Positions 35,501 through 47,017 of a stretch of 54,035 nucleotides of DNA are shown one piece after another. The notes under the pieces were generated by a model, which did no database searches, had not been told where the DNA came from, and saw only the letters and a program-made list of their open reading frames with translations. The position numbers and the translations under genes are program-made. Origin of the DNA: Nemertoderma westbladi (lineage: Eukaryota; Animalia; Xenacoelomorpha); NCBI GenBank assembly GCA_032718475.1, contig JAUCBJ010007791.1, positions 1-54,035 on the forward strand, read 5' to 3'. The first letter of the stretch is position 1; each line of letters opens with the position of its first letter.

Positions 35501-36434
35501 CTGGGAGCACAGGTGTCTCTATCACCGAAGGGGTGATTTCAAGAACAGGCCTAATTATTTCAGGCTCATCTACTACAGTAGGGAGTCTTTCTACTGTAAT
35601 AATTTGGTCTGTGGGTTCTGTACTACCTAAGTCTGTGCTAGCTAGTTGCCTTCTCCCAGCTGGGGGCAGATTAGGCAATTTCTGACGGTGAGGCATTCTT
35701 CTACGTCTGTTGGAACGAGATCTATTTCCTCCGCCTTCAGGATCAGTGGTATCGCCTTCATCAGGTGACGTAACGCTTGCGTCCTTCTTCTGAGGTTTCT
35801 CTGCCGTCGCTTCGCCTTCCACTTGAGAAAAGACGGCGTCTGTTGATTCTCCTTGGGTCATGTGCTCGGTTAGCAGAGCTTTCCATTGAGTCGTTGCTTG
35901 GACTTTAAGACTCACACGCCAGAACAAAGTCTTTACGGCGACCCGCAACGACGTATCTTGGCTTATCCTTGAGACTTTCTCATAGGCTGAAAGAATTAGT
36001 CTGATCCACAGAACTCGTTCGCGAACTTGATAAAGCAGCTCTTCCTGCTCCCGAGGTCCGTAAGGCCGCTGAAACAGCTGCTCCTCCAATCGCCGCAGAG
36101 AGCTGAAGAATCTCTGTGCATATTCTGCTACCGACCCCTTCCACATAGCCGAATCCCTAGTGTTCCATACCACTCCCATCCTGTATAAGTCCTCCCAGCC
36201 AGCTTTCGATAAGTTAAACGGGAGTCCGGGTCCGGGGAAATTCCATTGCGTCTCGACAATAGACTTCAGTTCCTCCTTCGTGTATCCCGCATAACTATCC
36301 TTGGTCGATCGCTCACTTTTCGCCCAATCCATCTGGTGCTCCTCCACCGCAATCAATACCCTTTTGAGTACGGCTACAGGAAGGATGAGAAGGGGATCCG
36401 AACTATCTGACAGTGCCCGTTTTGTGTCAGACAT
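32568..36434 (-). CDS. gag: Gag-protease of B fused in frame to an RNase H C-terminal remnant (1288 aa)
   Basis: VKFNGDEMKW capsid-like region; CALCDGPHRLSAC, CYNCLRRGHQRRTC, CAKCGAKHHILL; LLDSGS protease; then directly WRH...NLADIASRG...WLGGP..EWP. No YVDD or DDE. Confidence 0.92.
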   Translation of the reverse strand: MSDTKRALSDSSDPLLILPVAVLKRVLIAVEEHQMDWAKSERSTKDSYAGYTKEELKSIVETQWNFPGPGLPFNLSKAGWEDLYRMGVVWNTRDSAMWKGSVAEYAQRFFSSLRRLEEQLFQRPYGPREQEELLYQVRERVLWIRLILSAYEKVSRISQDTSLRVAVKTLFWRVSLKVQATTQWKALLTEHMTQGESTDAVFSQVEGEATAEKPQKKDASVTSPDEGDTTDPEGGGNRSRSNRRRRMPHRQKLPNLPPAGRRQLASTDLGSTEPTDQIITVERLPTVVDEPEIIRPVLEITPSVIETPVLPETAYKFPLYSTKLPVPSRTVPESEPVLDAEREIKNLSPVVSRSPATTLATPASAVEWVAEGRREMGLLLEQLREHCLCSSQQVREMEETVQQLKGTVRESRLELQKVQQSIALECDKLVNLQKGIPITPVTVCQPVRSEVLHAQGVEPTRIYTTSEVETPIANPIKGDYTPVVNDIPNRPDNNPRNLYTDNSIFNNTMAQESFTHQMARTEARQAVKVGEIVKFNGDEMKWLPFNEYYKDNIQNSVLSNGEKLRFLIECLEGPPKSMALKFIGHPDGLRQVWDTLNIRYGNRNNIARYLYAKLMAPRKFLSSGIIEFSDEIQEICRQLDWLGKSHEYQNSMVVGALASTLPKGGVGTRWDKKVLYTMEQQQRDPTMADLVSFLDGEVKLQLLKQSREKTPENKVSEKPVSRRRVTPVCYTDDGESQASQEEDSGKDTEKFYYVNKTSKDVSKSKARTHDRREQVAKTPLQFPNRVHGRKPEERTRVHNVTQNKVSNIKPNCALCDGPHRLSACAEFLKKSLVDRRTVVWDKRLCYNCLRRGHQRRTCYSDIKCAKCGAKHHILLQSEFERNSPSQVSEPKSHVQFSDMNDTDQSSEWEGFYTDEFSDANESCYLINTAVYRALTYEKDTDNEFSPTNFDRQPSWKPSTSNVGIREFPVVQVRVQGPNKSYIVNALLDSGSTGTFIDQELAEDIFAGQPKFRTKLNMSGVIQVWKSTITADYYVGALSTPQDKLGEQSIRSVKMVAIKNFANTQVEPYNWNEDKSIQQLKIPRFQTDYPGVQILIGQNAHEALETLEKRPAQPQPLQTYAVRTRVGWYFTGPSRRTLEERLPPERICQINGWEVESSEVDELTEGTPYSSDNDDINSNEDQWRHRPEMINLADIASRGATPQERIDTPGWLGGPDSLSKEEDEWPPHLNPAEIRQAKGAEKVTRVPNHPAGRLCLLERDQKLSGNYGRQDTLPTTTSLIRQISRDSIT

Positions 36435-37759
36435 GTTTGATTGTACAGTTGAATGCCTACTGCTATATTACAGTCAAAGCAAGTCTAGTAATTCAGTATC
36501 ACTGTTAGCCTAGTACCGGTAATTAATTACAATATATTAGAATACCGGTATACACTTATAGTATATATAAGTATTGTAAACTAGGTTTGTCACAGAGTAC
36601 CGGTATATAATTTTAGCACAAATATATATAAATATATAATAGGCCTATCGTGAATACCGGTATACAGCTTACACTGATAGTATATATAAGTATAATTATG
36701 GACTAGAATTAATTACAGAGTACCGGTATGATTTCAGCTCAAATTTATAGAAATAAATATAATAAGCCTATGGTAAATACTGGTATGTCAATTATTTTAG
36801 AATAATTGAATTTCTGAATATTTTAGGGTTACTTGGTTACTTTAACTTACTTTATTACCGTTATTTAAGCAGTAGTCCAACTGATATTGAGACCTAGTTG
36901 TTGTATGGCAGGCCTACTATTTATAAATCGTTTGAGTTGATTTATAATATTTATATACCCGTTTAAAATGGGTTTTTGTCAATATTTGAAATAAATGTTA
37001 TTATTTCTGGGGGAGTCACTACACAGAAGCTGTGCGCTCTCAGTGAAGTGTTACTTATTGAGACACTAAAACAGATAATTCTACTGGCCTAAGTTACTTA
37101 TCTACAAATTACTTACGATACGAGTGAGATTAAATCTCTAATTAAACACAACAACAAAATATTACGTACGAATTTTTAGGGTAATTTTACAGGAAGTCTA
37201 CAAACCAGCCTAACAAAGGGTTAGAATTCTGGTTATTACAATGGACAGGGTACTACGGTATTTGAAAATAATAAGTAGTAGTAAATACACTGCGTTGTCC
37301 AGATAGGAAAATACCACCGCCTGACGACCTATAACCGTATCGCTATAGGTACTACGTTATGTATCACGGATTGTTCCTACCTAGAAGTTAATTACCGCGG
37401 ACTACCAGATCCAGCGTGCCTATTAACCACTTTACAACACAAATATACTGCCTACACACTAATTACTTCGGAAAGCACTGTACACTAAACCCTAAATTAG
37501 GTACAAGTACTGGTATAACAAATAATCAGCAGTTAAATATACTTGAACAGTTAAAAGAACCACGGCATCTGCTGGAGTGACCGAAGCACAAAGTCACCAG
37601 TCTTTACCTACGCCGAGCAGCCCTGATGTAGTACCGGGGTTAGTTTAACTATAACGGTATGTATAACAAGCACAATTACTGTAGGAATAAACTTGGGGAC
37701 ATGAATGTTGCGAATAATCGCATAAACTCTGAATAATAAATATTACGCTACCCGTACAG

Positions 37760-38310
37760 AATACTCAAACAAATACAAACCAAAACGCTGGCAGACTACC
37801 ACCAAGCCTAAATAAACTACCGTACGTGTAGATTCTGAAATAGTTAGTTAGCATGCGTTCTAACACGGTAGTACGACTTATTCTTCAAGAGGGGATTGAC
37901 CTTACCGCTATGGCTGCCCCAACTTACTAACGGAGCTTTATCAGACAAACTCTACACACGCAGCAATCTCTTCAGACCTAATAATAGCTAGACAACAATC
38001 CAGCCTACAAAATATCTGAGTAATAACTATTACGGTACCTGAACAGACCACACAAACAAACACAGGCCAAAACGCTGGCAGACTACGATCAAGCCTAAAT
38101 AAACTACAGTATATGCAGATTCTGAAATAGTTAGTTAGTATGCATTCTAACACGGTAGTACGACTTATTCTTTAAGAGGGGATAGACCTTGCAGCATATG
38201 GCTGCCCCAACTTACTAACAGCACTTTATCAGACAAACTCTACACACGCCGTAATCTCTCCAAACCCAACAACAGTCAGACAGCAGCTCAGCCTACAATT
38301 ATCTGAACAA
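37760..38310. repeat. ~287-bp imperfect tandem duplication in the leader of B
   Basis: CCAAAACGCTGGCAGACTAC at 37780 and 38067. Each unit has a minus-strand CTAACTATTTCAG acceptor-like motif. Confidence 0.85.
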
Positions 38311-38597
38311 TCTGAGCAGGGTCACACGCCTTCTGCTCAATATTAGCCTACTAGTAAATAAAACCGACAGAAATAAGTAGAATCTCAAATAAAAATCAGG
38401 GCGGCCGTTCCCTGATTAAATACTAAGACCTACCGGTATACTATAATCAAAATCGAATAATACTAATGTACTTATACTGGAAGTACCGGTTAGGGCAGTT
38501 GGGCCTACGGACCTACAGAAGTGCCGGTTCAGTTTTACCGGTCACTACGGTATTTTGCAACCTTATTGCTTACTGCAATAAGATCGTTAACTGTTAC

Positions 38598-39781
38598 TGT
38601 TCGCGCTTTTGAAGACCTTTAGCAGTTTAACCTGCCAAAATTTATATGTCTTTTAGTTAATTAACACACCTTTAGCATACGACAATATTTTATGCTAATA
38701 AACAAAACATTAGCCGAAGCCAGCCCATGCGCGATCATTCACCCGATGGATCTACACCCGGGAGGCTGAATTCGGATGCTTAGATTTTATTATTGCAGTG
38801 TAAGGTTGCAGTGTAAGCCTACTGTATTATTCGATTGATTGCTAATATGTAATTTCTGACAGATATTATTAACTTTCGGGAAATATTAACAGTTCCTTTA
38901 GGACGTGGCGCTCTATCTATTTAATCAGAGCTAGGACTTATACTAAACGCAACGATAAGGCTTATGATTAAAGTATAAGTCGCATTCTTTAGGAAATGCT
39001 TTGTTACCAGTCACATCACACTCACAATCATGCACACTATTCTGCCGACCGTCAGTATATTTGATCACACATAAAGAGAACAGCAATTGACTCAGGTAGT
39101 GTCTACTAAATAACATTAGATTCAATACACACCACATTGATATAAATCGCAATTGTTATATATAGCCTGTCTCTCTAACCTGTAGTGTATCAAGAAATTG
39201 GGAAATTTGGGTGATTTATCAATATTCTCCAAATGACAATATTTCATCAACAAATCGATACAATTAATAACTGACGGTAAATAGCAGTACAAACAATATG
39301 ATTAGTGCAGTTAAATTAAGTGAGGTAACACCGCCGGTAACAGTTATACTTTCTATAATCTAAGCAGTTTTTGCTAGAGTTGTTCCAAAAGCCGGTGTTA
39401 TGGCGAAAAATGGGAACACAACAACAGAAACATGTGACTACTACTACTATACGAGTATACCAAAAACTCTTATTCCACGAAGCCCCGTTCAACACAGAGG
39501 ATGAGCATAGAGATAGGAAATTCAGTTCAGTAGCGCTGGGATAGGTCGAAATCAACGCCCACGCAAATTCTATTGGCCGACACGGGCAGCAAGGCTAAGG
39601 CAACCTCTCTAAGCTAGTTGGCCGATTAAACTGAGCCCAGATATCTCCGTATAGCACATCAGCCAATAAGCTGGTAGCTTGCACTATTTTAGTTATAAAT
39701 CCCTTTGAGAGTATTCTAGCGACTGGGGGGGAACTGGCCAGCAAAGGCAAACGTATCAGTTATCCCACAAAAGCTTTTACA
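38598..39781 (-). repeat. 5' LTR of element B
   Basis: Copy of 28236-29419. Confidence 0.97.
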
Positions 39782-39786
39782 GCCGT

Positions 39787-41675
39787 GGATTTTCAAAATT
39801 TTATTTTATTCGGATTAACTTTGTAAAAGATTGCTTTGAATCCTCATTTGTATTTGTAATATCTATTGTACATCTATTGGTCAAGTGGTTCAGTAGCTCA
39901 GTCGGTAGAGCGTTGGAAATTATATGTGTAGTAGGTATTGAGTTCGAATCCTAGTAAGTGCGAATTATTTTTTGTGCAGAATTTCAACTCATTTAAATTA
40001 ACCGCTACAAATTAATTGCATTTATCTGTACCAATGAGACTGTAGTTATTTGATTGTAACCAATGTCGTGCAAGTTATATATTAGCTGGACCAATAGCTA
40101 TCTTTAAAACCTTGTTAGAACCCATAGAACAATCGAGAATTTTCTCGATTGATTGCGGCACAAATTTGCTATAAAAAGGTGCGATTTGTTCATTAGTTAT
40201 ACTTCTCAGATTATCTTATCTTATCAATATTCTGTCGTGCTTAGTTTATTTCAGATTACATTGTATTATAATTATATCTTCTGTAATAAAGTCAGAATTA
40301 TCGCTAATCTGCTTTTCCTATCTGTTTTACTATGATTCACCACGGTGAACCCAACTAAGGGACAGGATGGCAGGCTAGAGATCGGGCCGCAGCAATGAAC
40401 GGGAACATCACGGGAATGTAGACGAGAGACAACCCGCAATACCATCTAGAGTTATTCGCCCATCGCCTGAAAGGTTAGACAGCGTTCGATCCTTGCTACC
40501 TAAGTGTAAGACCAAAAGATCAAAAGGTAGACGTAGTGACACGCTGTAAGCCTAAAATTACATCTTAGGGACTGTACCGTTTTTAATTCAGAAAAAACCG
40601 CAGTGGACCTTCATATTCCTACGGGGGGGAGAGCGCAGGCAGATACTAGTACGCAGATAGGACGTAGGCACACCGGTACAAGGCATACAAATGGTTAGGG
40701 TGCAGCAAACTGTACGCTTAACTCTTGCTAAGTGCAGGTGCGTGTGCGACTATTTGCAGTACGACAGTGTCCATTGCATTAGAACTTGTAGGCTAGGGGG
40801 GTTGCTGTGTTTTCACCTGAATTAGGATTGTACCGTTCAGGCGGTAGGGCAGTTTACGTACTAGGCGCAAATAAATTGAGGCTATTAGGGATACTAACAT
40901 CTACCGTGTCCCCGCCAACGCCCTGATAGGAAGTTACCTGGACTACCTGGGTGACTAAAATTCTAGATAGGACGCCAGGATAGCTATTAGTAACTGTACG
41001 CCTACAGTAGTAAACTAACACATCTCTTCTTAGTATCAGGGACCTGGTACCTAAAATTGCCGAATTCTGGGCGTAGTATTAACCTTATGCCTGAATTTGA
41101 GTCCTGGAAATACGCAAGAGGGGAAGGAACCTTATCATTCGTGAGTATTGGACCTACAAGTTATAAAATTAGAATATTCGTAAAATGCACACCGTACCCA
41201 GTAATTATATATGTGAAGGAGCAAAACTGCTTTTGACCGTTCAGAATTAACACACGCGCGTTAGAAATTATTTACACCTCAAAATATATAAAATTAACTT
41301 TCGTCCTTACTGCACTTTGCTCGCTAGTTAGACATCTCCAAATATCTGCCTCTGTACCTAGCTAGCGTCTCTTTGCCCAGCCATATAAATCACACCGCGG
41401 CAAAGTATACGAGCCCTTTAGTCCGTCAGTGAGTCAGCCTGATTTTAGGATTCGCTGCGCGGGATTTTGTTTTATCGAAGTTTGTCTGCTCGTAGACTGT
41501 TTTCTGCCTCACCGGTTATAAGAGATCGATACTGCAATATATTCGCTTACTTAGAGTTTACTGTTTTGGTGAGAAGGTCGGATTTATGATTTGATTTACA
41601 AACTTTACAGTAAGATATTGCAGGTATTGTTACCGTCTCTTCCAATAGTAGGAATAGGCGTATCTCTTCAATTAG
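39787..41675 (+). repeat. Remainder of the 3' LTR of element A (first 27 bp at 28209-28235), cut at 41675 by a LINE
   Basis: 39894-41675 matches 13936-15720. Full tRNA-like cassette at 39887-39973. Confidence 0.85.
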
Positions 41676-42571
41676 ATGGGGTGATGATAACTTCACCTAC
41701 TGGCTCCAGAGGTCGAGGAAATCCTGCCAAGTACCTAACTGATCTAGACTTTGCTGATGACTTAGGAGTACTCTCAGAATCATTAGAGGGAGCCCAACGG
41801 CTCCTCAGCTCATTAGAACATGCTGCTTCTAGTGTTGGTCTTTTTATTAACTCCAGAAAGACCAAAATTCTGACCGTTAACTTTGAAAGTCCTCAGCAAG
41901 TCTTTGATCGGATAAGCATAAGCCCAAAGGATGGTATGCTTGAGCATGTGGACGACTTCTGTTACCTGGGATCATGGATCCGGAAGTCAGGTGAGGACCT
42001 TCGAATACGTAAGGGAAAAGCATGGGCAGCCTTGAATAGGCTTTCCAGGATTTGGAAGTCACCGAGAATTAATCGGAAACTTAAGGTCCGTTTATTTAGA
42101 GCAGCAGTAGTTCCAGTACTCCTCTACGGGAGTCCATGCTGGGCTCTAACTGCTGAGGACACCAAATCTCTGGATGGCACATTCACAAGAATGCTACGCC
42201 GGGTTCATTGTGTCAAGTACAATGCACACATCTCCAACCAGACACTATATAACATTGGAGGTGTCTCATTGGTTCCCCCAAGCTTGACACTAGAACAAAA
42301 TCGCCTCCGCTTTGCAGGACATTGCTTTCGCCGTGAGGACCAGCCAGTGCATAATCTTGTACTTTGGCAGCCTCATGGAGTGAATAAGCATGGTGGACAG
42401 CCCATGACTTTCTTGAGACGCATCTTAAAGGACACTGGCCTTAAAGATGCGGATGATCTAGCAAATGTCATGGGTGATAGGGAGTTGTGGCGGTGCAATT
42501 TTGTTGACAAGCCGGCACAGCATTCTTAAAAATGCAGCTGCAATGCAGCATGCCGATCCTAGTAGTAGTAG
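41676..42571 (+). mobile_element. 5'-truncated RTE-like LINE (RT C-terminus, short 3' UTR, (TAG)4 tail)
   Basis: YLTDLDFADDL, FCYLGS, PVLLYGS..W, RLRFAGH. Stop at 42529, tail at 42560-42571. Confidence 0.88.
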
Positions 42572-43374
42572 TCTGGGGTATGGGGTGCACTGCTGGAGGT
42601 GTGGGATGTACTACCGGTAGTGCAGTCTGGGGTAAGGGGTGCATTGCTGAACGTACAATCGGAGGCGTGGGATGTGCCACCGGTGGTACAGTCTGGGGTA
42701 TGGGAGGATGCACTGGAGGTACTACAGGAAGTACCACCGGTGGTACAGGCTGGTGTGTGGAATGTACTAGCGGTGGTGCTGTCTGAGGTGTGGATTGTAC
42801 TGAGGTCGTCGGTAATAAACCTGGTAAAGTGGAATTAAGGACAAATATGTTATTTAGAACTTGGGCTTTATCAAAGGCTTCATACACCGCTGTATCACCT
42901 TCAAATAAGAACGGGATGGATAATAATTTGTTTTTCCCCAGTACCGACTTTACTATTGAAAACCATTTCTTAGAGTCTAAGTTGCTGGAACTTTTGGTTG
43001 ATATGTACAATTCACTAGAATATGAAGCCTTAGCTAAGCAAACTTTTTGAGAGACAAAATTTCGACAAATTAAGTTTAACGTTTAAGTCGATAAAAATTG
43101 GCGAGTGGTCAGAAATAGGAAGGTTGTTGTCAAAACAAATATCAGCATGTGCGTCTGCCTTAATTTTCAGGGGAAGTAAATTAGTGAATAATAAGTCAAG
43201 CAAGATTGGGATTGGGATCGAGTTATAGAGTTTATCACTTGGGTAAAACCAGTTAAAGAGCAGAATTTGTTTACTAGAAAAGGAGTTTGGTGAAAACAGT
43301 TGGTATTAAAGTCACCTAAAAGAAGAATTCCGTCATATTTATACGCTGTGGTGATGTTACAAATAACATTGTAC
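42572..43374 (-). pseudogene. Decayed CR1/L2-like LINE ORF2 fragment (endonuclease end and linker) ending in a Pro-rich degenerate repeat
   Basis: ILLLGDFN, GFTQVINSITR, SKKWFSIVKSVLGK..IPFL, DKAQVLNNIF, spread over shifting frames. Confidence 0.65.
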
Positions 43375-44640
43375 GATAGGGCCTTAGGTTGGAGCTTCGT
43401 CCGCGCCAATGATAGGGCCTTGGGTTGGAGCCTCGTCCGCGCCAATGATAGGGCCTTGGGTTGGAGCCTCGTCCGCGCCAATGATAGGGCCTTGGGTTGG
43501 AGCCTCGTCCGCGCCAATGATAGGGCCTTGGGTTGGAGCCTCGTCCACTCCAATGATAGGGCCTTAGGTTGGAGCCTCGTCCGCGCCAATGATAGGGCCT
43601 TGGGTTGGAGCCTCGTCCGCGCCAATGATAGGGCCTTGGGTTGGAGCCTCGTCCGCGCCAATGATAGGGCCTTGGGTTGGAGCCTCGTCCGCGCCAATGA
43701 TAGGGCCTTGGGTTGGAGCCTCGTCCGCGCCAATGATAGGGCCTTGGGTTGGAGCCTCGTCCACTCCAATGATAGGGCCTTAGGTTGGAGCCTCGTCCGC
43801 GCCAACAATAGGGCCTTGTGTTGGAGTCTCGACCACCAACGATACGGCCTTGGGTTGGAGCCTCGACCGCCAACGATAGGGCCTTGGGTTGGAGCCTCGT
43901 CCGCACCAATGATAGGGCCTTAGGTTGGAGCCTCGTCCGCGCCAATGATAGGGCCTTGGGTTGGAGCCTCGTCCGCGCCAATGATAGGGCCTTGGGTTGG
44001 AGCCTCGTCCGCACCAATGATAGGGCCTTAGGTTGGAGCCTCGTCCGCGCCAATGATAGGGCCTTAGGTTGGAGCTTCGTCCGCGCCAATGATAGGGCCT
44101 TAGGTTGGAGTCTGGACCGCGCCAATGATAGGGCCTTAGGTTGGAGCTCGACCACCAACGATAGGGCCTTGGGTTAGAGCCTCGACCGCGCCAACGATAG
44201 GGCCTTGGGTTAGAGCCTCGACCGCGCCAATGATAGGGCCTTGGGTTGGAGCCTTGCCTGCCAACGATAGGGCCTTGGGTTGGAGTCTGGACCGCGCCAA
44301 TGATAGGGCCTTAGGTTGGAGCTCGACCACCAACGATAGGGCCTTGGGTTAGAGCCTCGACCGCGCCAACGATAGGGCCTTGGGTTAGAGCCTCGACCGC
44401 GCCAATGATAGGGCCTTGGGTTGGAGCCTTGCCTGCCAACGATAGGGCCTTGGGTTGGAGTCTCGACCGCGCCAATGATAGGGCCTTGGGTTAGAGCCTC
44501 GACCGCGCCAATGATAGGGCCTTGGGTTGGAGCCTTGCCCACCAACGATAGGGCCTTGGGTTGGAGTCTAGCCCGCCAACGATAGGGCCTTGGGTTGGAG
44601 TCTAGCCCGCCAACGATAGGGCCTTGGGTTGGAGCCTCGA
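43375..44640. repeat. 36-bp GC-rich minisatellite (GATAGGGCCTTGGGTTGGAGCCTCGTCCGCGCCAAT), ~35 units with 33-34 bp variants
   Basis: Directly visible tandem array. Confidence 0.98.
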
Positions 44641-44995
44641 CATCTGCGCCCGAAAGGCGCGAGTTTCAAATAAACTCACTGATGGAAATTAAGATTAAGA
44701 AAACACCCATGTGGAATTAACTTATATAGATAAGCTAATTGCACATTTATATCTTAAGTTACCTTAAGCAGTATAATAAGCAATATATCTTTGTGAACTT
44801 TATACTAGACTATGAATTTTAAGTACACAATACGTAATTCTAAGTAATATAATAAAGATTGATTGTTGTATGATGAACCTGTATTTTTATATTTTTAGGA
44901 CCGCGTAGAGAGACCTTTAACATTCACTCCGTTGTTGTTGATATTGTTCTTTTATTAATTAATAATTTCCAATTAGATTTAATAAGGCTTCCTAC

Positions 44996-45077
44996 AGTGC
45001 AGTGGCGAAGTTGGTAGATCGTTGGTCTTGGAATCTCTAGATACCGAGTCCAACCCTCTTTTCCGCTGAATTTTTTT
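44996..45077 (+). ncRNA. Degenerate tRNA-derived remnant
   Basis: A-box TGGCGAAGTTGG, GGTAGATCGTTGG (12/13 to the LTR cassette), decayed B-box GAGTCCAACCC, T7. Confidence 0.4.
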
Positions 45078-45931
45078 GGTAGTAAGATTTTCATAGTAAG
45101 TTATTCACAAGGAGATATAGTTCATGCGTTAGTAGACGCGGCCCTTTACGCAATTTCGCATTGTTTTACTTAGGTTTATTTCTCAGATATGTGTCTAATA
45201 CGCCCAAATGTGTACAGTAGTGGCGTGTTAGAGGAGGGGGGGGGGGGGGGGGGGGGGGGGGGATTTTGCTCGGAATGGCCAAATGTTTATACAACTCGTT
45301 TTCATGAATAACTCAAGCATAGGCTATGGGGATGGCGGTAAAAAGAATTGCTGGTACCCACTTGAGAGGGTAAAATACTGTACAAAAATGATATGACATA
45401 TTATTGGCAAACCTTGTACATCTATGGTTAATTAATTGTTGGCACGAGGTAGGTACTTGTTTCGGTAGACTAGCAGCAATAATTAATAACTAAAATACAA
45501 TATCCCCATTATTTATAAAAATATTTTATAATGCCACAGTTTTTATTGTTGGATGTGTTCATATCGTTATTATTCCAATACGTTTTTCCAGTGCTGACAG
45601 TTCCTATATTCAAATCGAATCTGAAAAACTAATTTCAGAGCATTGCGTACAAATACTAGACTTCTGTACTTATTGTTAAACTTTTATAAACTTTATTATT
45701 ATATGATGTATAATTTTCTGTTCAAACGAGGTCAATTTTACATCTAAACGTCTTAAGTTATAAAAGGGTAAAAAGCTATTCAATTCAATACAATTTTTAT
45801 AATTTCCTTTCCATTATTTCCATAAAATATGCACATAACGAAAGTAAACTGAACAACAAAGATTACAAAACAATGCACTGGATACTGGCAATAGCAGAGC
45901 TAGGAGTAGTGCCATTATCCAGATGCTGGAC

Positions 45932-46233
45932 CTACTACTACTAGGATCGGCATGCTGCATTGCAGCTGCATTTTTAAGAATGCTGTGCCGGCTTGTCGAC
46001 AAAATTGCGCCGCCACAACTCCCTATCACCCATGATTTGCTAGATCATCCGCATCTTCAAGGCCAGTGTCCTTTAAGATGCGTCTCAAGAAAGTCATGGG
46101 CTGTCCACCATGCTTATTCACTCCATGAGGCTGCTAAAGGACAAGATTATGCACTGGCTGGTCCTCACGGCGAAAGCAATGTCCTGCAAAGCGGAGGCGA
46201 TTATGTTCTAGTGTCAAGCTTGGGGGAACCAAT
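45932..46233 (-). mobile_element. Second, shorter copy of the RTE-like LINE 3' end
   Basis: Reverse complement of ~42268-42571 with a (TAG)n tail. Imperfect TSD ATGCTGGACCTA/ATACTGGAACTA. Confidence 0.9.
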
Positions 46234-47017
46234 ACTGGAACTAGTGGAGCGGGGGGGGGGGGGGGGCGGCGGTGTGGGGGATGAAGTTTATACTAGATTC
46301 GGAATTTTGCTAATTTATAACTTCGATGACACTTTCTTTTTTTATTATTATGAGGCAGATTCTCATCACACAAGCAACCAACTACACACGGGTCAGGTTC
46401 AGGCACCCCAGCAGACAAACTATCACATACTGCATGTGTATCACAATATTGAGAAATTTTCAGGATTACAATTTAGTTACAAAAAAAGCAAAAAGAAATA
46501 CAGTTAATCGGATAAAGGCTAATAGTATAATTAAATTAATAATATTATTATTACTGTATAGGCCCTAATGTTTAATTTTATTTTTATGATTGCCTTGCTA
46601 CTCCTCTTCAAATTGCGGTTCACTGAATTCTGGCGCGCACTTTATTGGCTAAACTCTTAGGACCTCCTTGTCTCTCTCTATATACAGTATAATTGTTTTT
46701 TGACCGGCTGTTTTCTTTAGGTTGTAACGCAACCGTAAATTCAAGGCCAGTATCACTTAAAAGGGTCTCAAGAAAGTGGACCTCTTGATGTAATATTGAA
46801 TGTATAATTCGCCTCGCTCGTGAAAATTCGAACTCAGCAAATTTTACATCACAGAGGCATAGTGTGTGGTGAGAAATAAAGTGATATATATTTTCTATTC
46901 TTATACTGTACTTCTTGTGAAGCTACTTATAATTTATGTACTTGGGAATACCAATACTTCTTTGATCTTTATAGTTTTCTAACTTTATTACTATCAGCCG
47001 TCTGTGATTTCATCAAA

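Larger units (their letters stand above)
28236..39781 (-). mobile_element. Non-autonomous BEL/Pao element B (gag-pro plus accessory ORFs, no RT or IN)
   Basis: Two 1184-bp LTRs with TG..CA ends. Perfect 5-bp TSD GCCGT (28231-28235, 39782-39786). PPT adjacent to the left LTR. Confidence 0.96.
13936..41675 (+). mobile_element. BEL/Pao LTR retrotransposon (element A): both LTR ends damaged, with element B nested in the 3' LTR
   Basis: Direct repeats 13936-15720 and 39894-41675 (~99% outside one block). Domain order Gag-PR-RT-RH-IN with BEL signatures. PPT-like ATGGAGCGG at 28200-28208. Confidence 0.93.

Noticed and set aside
39887-39973. Functional tRNA gene, or its transcript acting as A's RT primer
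   Set aside because: Acceptor and anticodon stems do not pair, and I found no good complement to its 3' end downstream of the 5' LTR.
45923-46507. 194-aa ORF
   Set aside because: Antisense reading of the RTE fragment plus poly-G.
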